A stretch of DNA of 50,677 bases, taken from assembly GCA_025965515.1 (NCBI GenBank), contig JAOPWU010000223.1:1-50677 (forward strand). Reading direction: 5' to 3'. The position numbers were made by a program, and so were the translations under genes. The notes beneath the pieces were generated by a model, which was given only the letters and a program-made list of their open reading frames with translations, was not told the origin of the DNA and did no database searches. Position 1 is the first letter of the stretch. Each line of letters starts with the position of its first letter. This stretch comes from Mycobacterium sp. Lineage in GTDB: Bacteria > Actinomycetota > Actinomycetes > RYN-182. This document shows positions 47,889 to 50,677 of the stretch, in pieces.

Positions 47889-50436
47889 CGATCAGCCCGA
47901 GGTCGGCGGAGCTCGCCAGCAGGTCGCACGACGGCAGCACCCGCACGGTGTAGCCGAAGGCCCCCGTGCGGTTGAGGGTCACGGTGCCCTCGTACCGCAG
48001 CCCCTCGCCCTCCGCGGCCCCGGCCGCCGTGAGCACCGCCTTCTCGGGGTCGTGCAGGTCGTCGTGCTCGTCGACGCGGCCGTAGGCCACCTCCACGCGC
48101 ACGTCGTCCGGCCCGAGGTCGCCGAGTTGCACGACCGCACCCACCGTGAGCACGTCGCCGAGCTCGGGGGTGTCCCCCGGGCTGGCCGAGTCCACGTTCA
48201 GCACGTGCACCTGCGGCCAGGCGGCCCGCACCCGGCCGACCCAGGCGGCGAGCTCCCGCGCTTCCGCGTAGTCCTTGGCCGTGAGCTGCCGGGACGACCG
48301 CCCGGCGGGGACGTAGAGGTCCCGGACGTAGTCCCGGAGCATCCGGGAGCTGAGCACCTGCGGGCCCAGGGAGATCAGCGTGTGCCGCACCATCGCGACC
48401 CAGCGCGCCGGCAGCCCCGACTCCCGGTCCCGCTCGTAGAAGGCCGGCTTCACGTGGTTCTCGAGCAGCTCGTACAGCGCCGCGGCCTCCAGGTCGTCGC
48501 GCCGCTCCGGGTCGTCGACCTCCGCCGACGGGATGGCCCAGCCGTTCTCGCCGTCGTACATCTCGTCCCACCACCCGTCGCGGATGGACAGGTTGAGCCC
48601 GCCGTTGAGCGCCGCCTTCATGCCGGAGGTGCCGCACGCCTCGAGCGGCCGCAGCGGGTTGTTCAGCCAGATGTCGCAGCCGGTGTAGAGGTGGCGCGCC
48701 ATCGAGATGTCGTAGTTCGGCAGGAACGCGATGCGGTGCCGCACCTCGGGCGTGTCGGCGAACCGCACCAGCTGCTGGATCAGCCGCTTGCCGCCCTCGT
48801 CGGCGGGGTGGGACTTGCCGGCGACGACGATCTGGATGGGGCGGTCGGGGTCGAGCAGCAACTGCCGCAGCCGTTCCGGCTCCCGCAGCATGAGGGTCAG
48901 TCGCTTGTAGGACGGCACCCGACGTGCGAAGCCGATCGTCAGGACGTCCGGGTCGAAGGCGGAGTTGACCCAGCCCAGCTCCGACGGGGCCGCGCCGCGC
49001 TCGAGCCAGGACTCGCGGACCCGGCGGCGGACCTCGTCGACGAGCTGGCTCCGCAGGAGCCGCCGGGTGGACCAGACCAGGTCGTCCGGGACCCCGGCGA
49101 TGCTGTCCCAGCCGGTCCCCTCGGTGACGAGCGCGGGGTCCGCCTGCCGCTCCGCGATGTCGAGCACCTCGCGGGCGATCCACGTCGGCGCGTGCACGCC
49201 GTTGGTCACCGAGCCGATCGGCACCTCGGCGGGGTCGAAGCCCGGGAAGAGGCTCGCGAACATCTCGCGGCTGACCTCGCCGTGCAGGCGCGAGACGCCG
49301 TTCGCGCGAGCCGCGAGCCGCAGCCCCATGTGGGCCATGTTGAAGACGTTCGGGTCCGGCTCCGCGCCCAGCGCCAGGATCGCCTCCACGGGCACGGCGG
49401 GGACAGGGCCGCCCCCGCCGGCCGCGCCGAAGAACCAGGCGACCAGCTCGCGGGGGAACCGGTCGATCCCGGCCGGGACCGGGGTGTGGGTGGTGAAGAC
49501 CGTCCCCGCGCGGACCGCCTGCAGGGCCTCGCCGACGTCGAGCCCGTCCTCGGTGAACTCCCGGATGCGCTCCACGCCCGCGAAGCCCGCGTGCCCCTCG
49601 TTGAGGTGGAAGACGTCGGGGGCGGGGTGCCCGGTCAGCGCGCTGTACCGGCGCAGCGCCCGCGTGCCGCCGATGCCGAGCAGCACCTCCTGGTGCAGGC
49701 GGTGGTCGGCGTTGCCGCCGTACAGCCGGTCGCAGATCCCGCGCAGCTCGGGCGGGTTGTCCTCGATGTCGGTGTCGAGCAGCAGCAGCGGCACGCGCCC
49801 GACCTGCGCGACCCAGACCTGCGCGACCAGCGAACGATGCTCGGGCAGCTGCACCGTGACCTTCACGGTCTGCCCGTCGGCGTCCTGCAGCTGCGCGAGC
49901 GGCAGGCCGTTCGGGTCCAGCCCGGGGTAGCGCTCCTGCTGCCAGCCCTCCCGGTTGAGCGACTGCACGAAGTAGCCGGCCTGGTAGAGCAGGCCCAGCC
50001 CGATGATCGGGATGCCGAGGTCGCTGGCGGTCTTGAGGTGGTCGCCCGCGAGGATCCCGAGGCCGCCCGAGTACTGCGGCAGCACCTCCGTGATGCCGTA
50101 CTCCATCGAGTAGTAGGCGATCCCGGCCGGGGCGTCGACCAGCGTCTGGTACCACCGGTCGGCGGTGAGGTAGTCCTGCAGCTCCGCGTGCGCCTCCTCC
50201 ACCCGCCGCACGAACTGCGCGTCCCGGGCCAGGGCGGAGAGCCGCACGGAACTCACGGCCCCCAACAGCCGGACCGGGTCGTGACCGCAGGACCGCCACA
50301 GATCGGGATCGACGGCCTCGAACAGGTCGCGGGTCGGCGGATGCCACACCCAGCGCAGGTTGAGAACCAGTTCCGACAGGCCGGCCAGCGGCTCGGGTAG
50401 GACAGCACGGACCGTGAATCGACGTGTCGCTCGCAT
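47878..50436 (-). CDS. glgP: alpha-glucan (glycogen/maltodextrin) phosphorylase, GT35
   Basis: Starts at ATG 50436: MRATRRFTVRAVLPEPLAGLSELVLNLRWVWHPPTRDLF...YYSMEYGI...GGLGILAGDHLK...SVTNGVH...AGKSHPADEGGK...GTSGMKAALNG. Confidence 0.92.
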   Translation of the reverse strand: MRATRRFTVRAVLPEPLAGLSELVLNLRWVWHPPTRDLFEAVDPDLWRSCGHDPVRLLGAVSSVRLSALARDAQFVRRVEEAHAELQDYLTADRWYQTLVDAPAGIAYYSMEYGITEVLPQYSGGLGILAGDHLKTASDLGIPIIGLGLLYQAGYFVQSLNREGWQQERYPGLDPNGLPLAQLQDADGQTVKVTVQLPEHRSLVAQVWVAQVGRVPLLLLDTDIEDNPPELRGICDRLYGGNADHRLHQEVLLGIGGTRALRRYSALTGHPAPDVFHLNEGHAGFAGVERIREFTEDGLDVGEALQAVRAGTVFTTHTPVPAGIDRFPRELVAWFFGAAGGGGPVPAVPVEAILALGAEPDPNVFNMAHMGLRLAARANGVSRLHGEVSREMFASLFPGFDPAEVPIGSVTNGVHAPTWIAREVLDIAERQADPALVTEGTGWDSIAGVPDDLVWSTRRLLRSQLVDEVRRRVRESWLERGAAPSELGWVNSAFDPDVLTIGFARRVPSYKRLTLMLREPERLRQLLLDPDRPIQIVVAGKSHPADEGGKRLIQQLVRFADTPEVRHRIAFLPNYDISMARHLYTGCDIWLNNPLRPLEACGTSGMKAALNGGLNLSIRDGWWDEMYDGENGWAIPSAEVDDPERRDDLEAAALYELLENHVKPAFYERDRESGLPARWVAMVRHTLISLGPQVLSSRMLRDYVRDLYVPAGRSSRQLTAKDYAEARELAAWVGRVRAAWPQVHVLNVDSASPGDTPELGDVLTVGAVVQLGDLGPDDVRVEVAYGRVDEHDDLHDPEKAVLTAAGAAEGEGLRYEGTVTLNRTGAFGYTVRVLPSCDLLASSADLGLIVTG

Positions 50437-50677
50437 GGAATCCGAGCCTACGGGGTCGGCCGCCACTCCGAGGAGCAACGACCCGGGCCGGTCCCCAGGG
50501 TGCTGCGCGCCACAACCCGGATGTCGTCCCCAGGGGCGTGCGGGCGCGCCCGGCGCTACCGTGCTCGCGTGGCCAGCGTGCACCCCGACGTCCTGGGCTG
50601 GTGCGCCCCGCCCGACGCGGCGCCCGCCGGGCGTCGCACGGGTGCCACGGGCCGCGCGGCGGACGCCACCGAGGCCG

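Noticed and set aside
44828-50515. 964-aa (+) and 1018-aa (-) ORFs overlapping echA, glgX and glgP
   Set aside because: These are out-of-frame or antisense shadows of genes with clear GH13, GT35 and crotonase motifs. The composition is low-complexity.
50577-50677. Possible 5' end of a divergent plus-strand gene (GTG CAC CCC GAC GTC CTG GGC TGG ...)
   Set aside because: GC3 is high, but only ~33 codons are visible, there is no recognisable motif, and the start is uncertain. It is too little to call.

Overview
This is a very GC-rich actinobacterial chromosomal core segment; third codon positions are almost uniformly G/C, which is why all six frames carry long shadow ORFs. I call 42 protein-coding genes, 2 tRNAs and 2 candidate leader peptides. 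Most genes from about 7.8 kb to 45.6 kb are on the minus strand. From memory, the gene order is collinear with the Mycobacterium tuberculosis Rv2977c-Rv3029c neighbourhood:
- thiL, ddl, gpsA, fbiD/cofC, ppk, mutT1
- leuDC, an IclR regulator, tRNA-Glu and tRNA-Gln, gltX
- a large branched-chain amino-acid block (cimA, ilvE, leuB, leuA, serA, ilvCNB, ilvD)
- gatBAC, ligA, mnmA, iscS, etfAB, then enoyl-CoA hydratase and glgX/glgP

I see no transposase, integrase, CRISPR array, toxin-antitoxin-like pair or defence-like cassette. I cannot support the presence of a novel multi-gene system here. This reads as an ordinary housekeeping region.

The points most worth a second look are regulatory or single-gene:
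- a leaderless Leu4 leader peptide upstream of leuA with no U-tract terminator
- a leader ORF plus a textbook U-tract attenuator upstream of ilvBNC
- an uncharacterised 83-aa four-Cys, Trp-rich ORF
- a PaaK-like adenylate-forming-fold protein whose catalytic motifs look degenerate
- a Pro-rich ORF translationally coupled to a MetE-like Zn protein
- an SseB-like ORF embedded between leuA and leuB

All family assignments come from reading motifs by eye. No database search was run.
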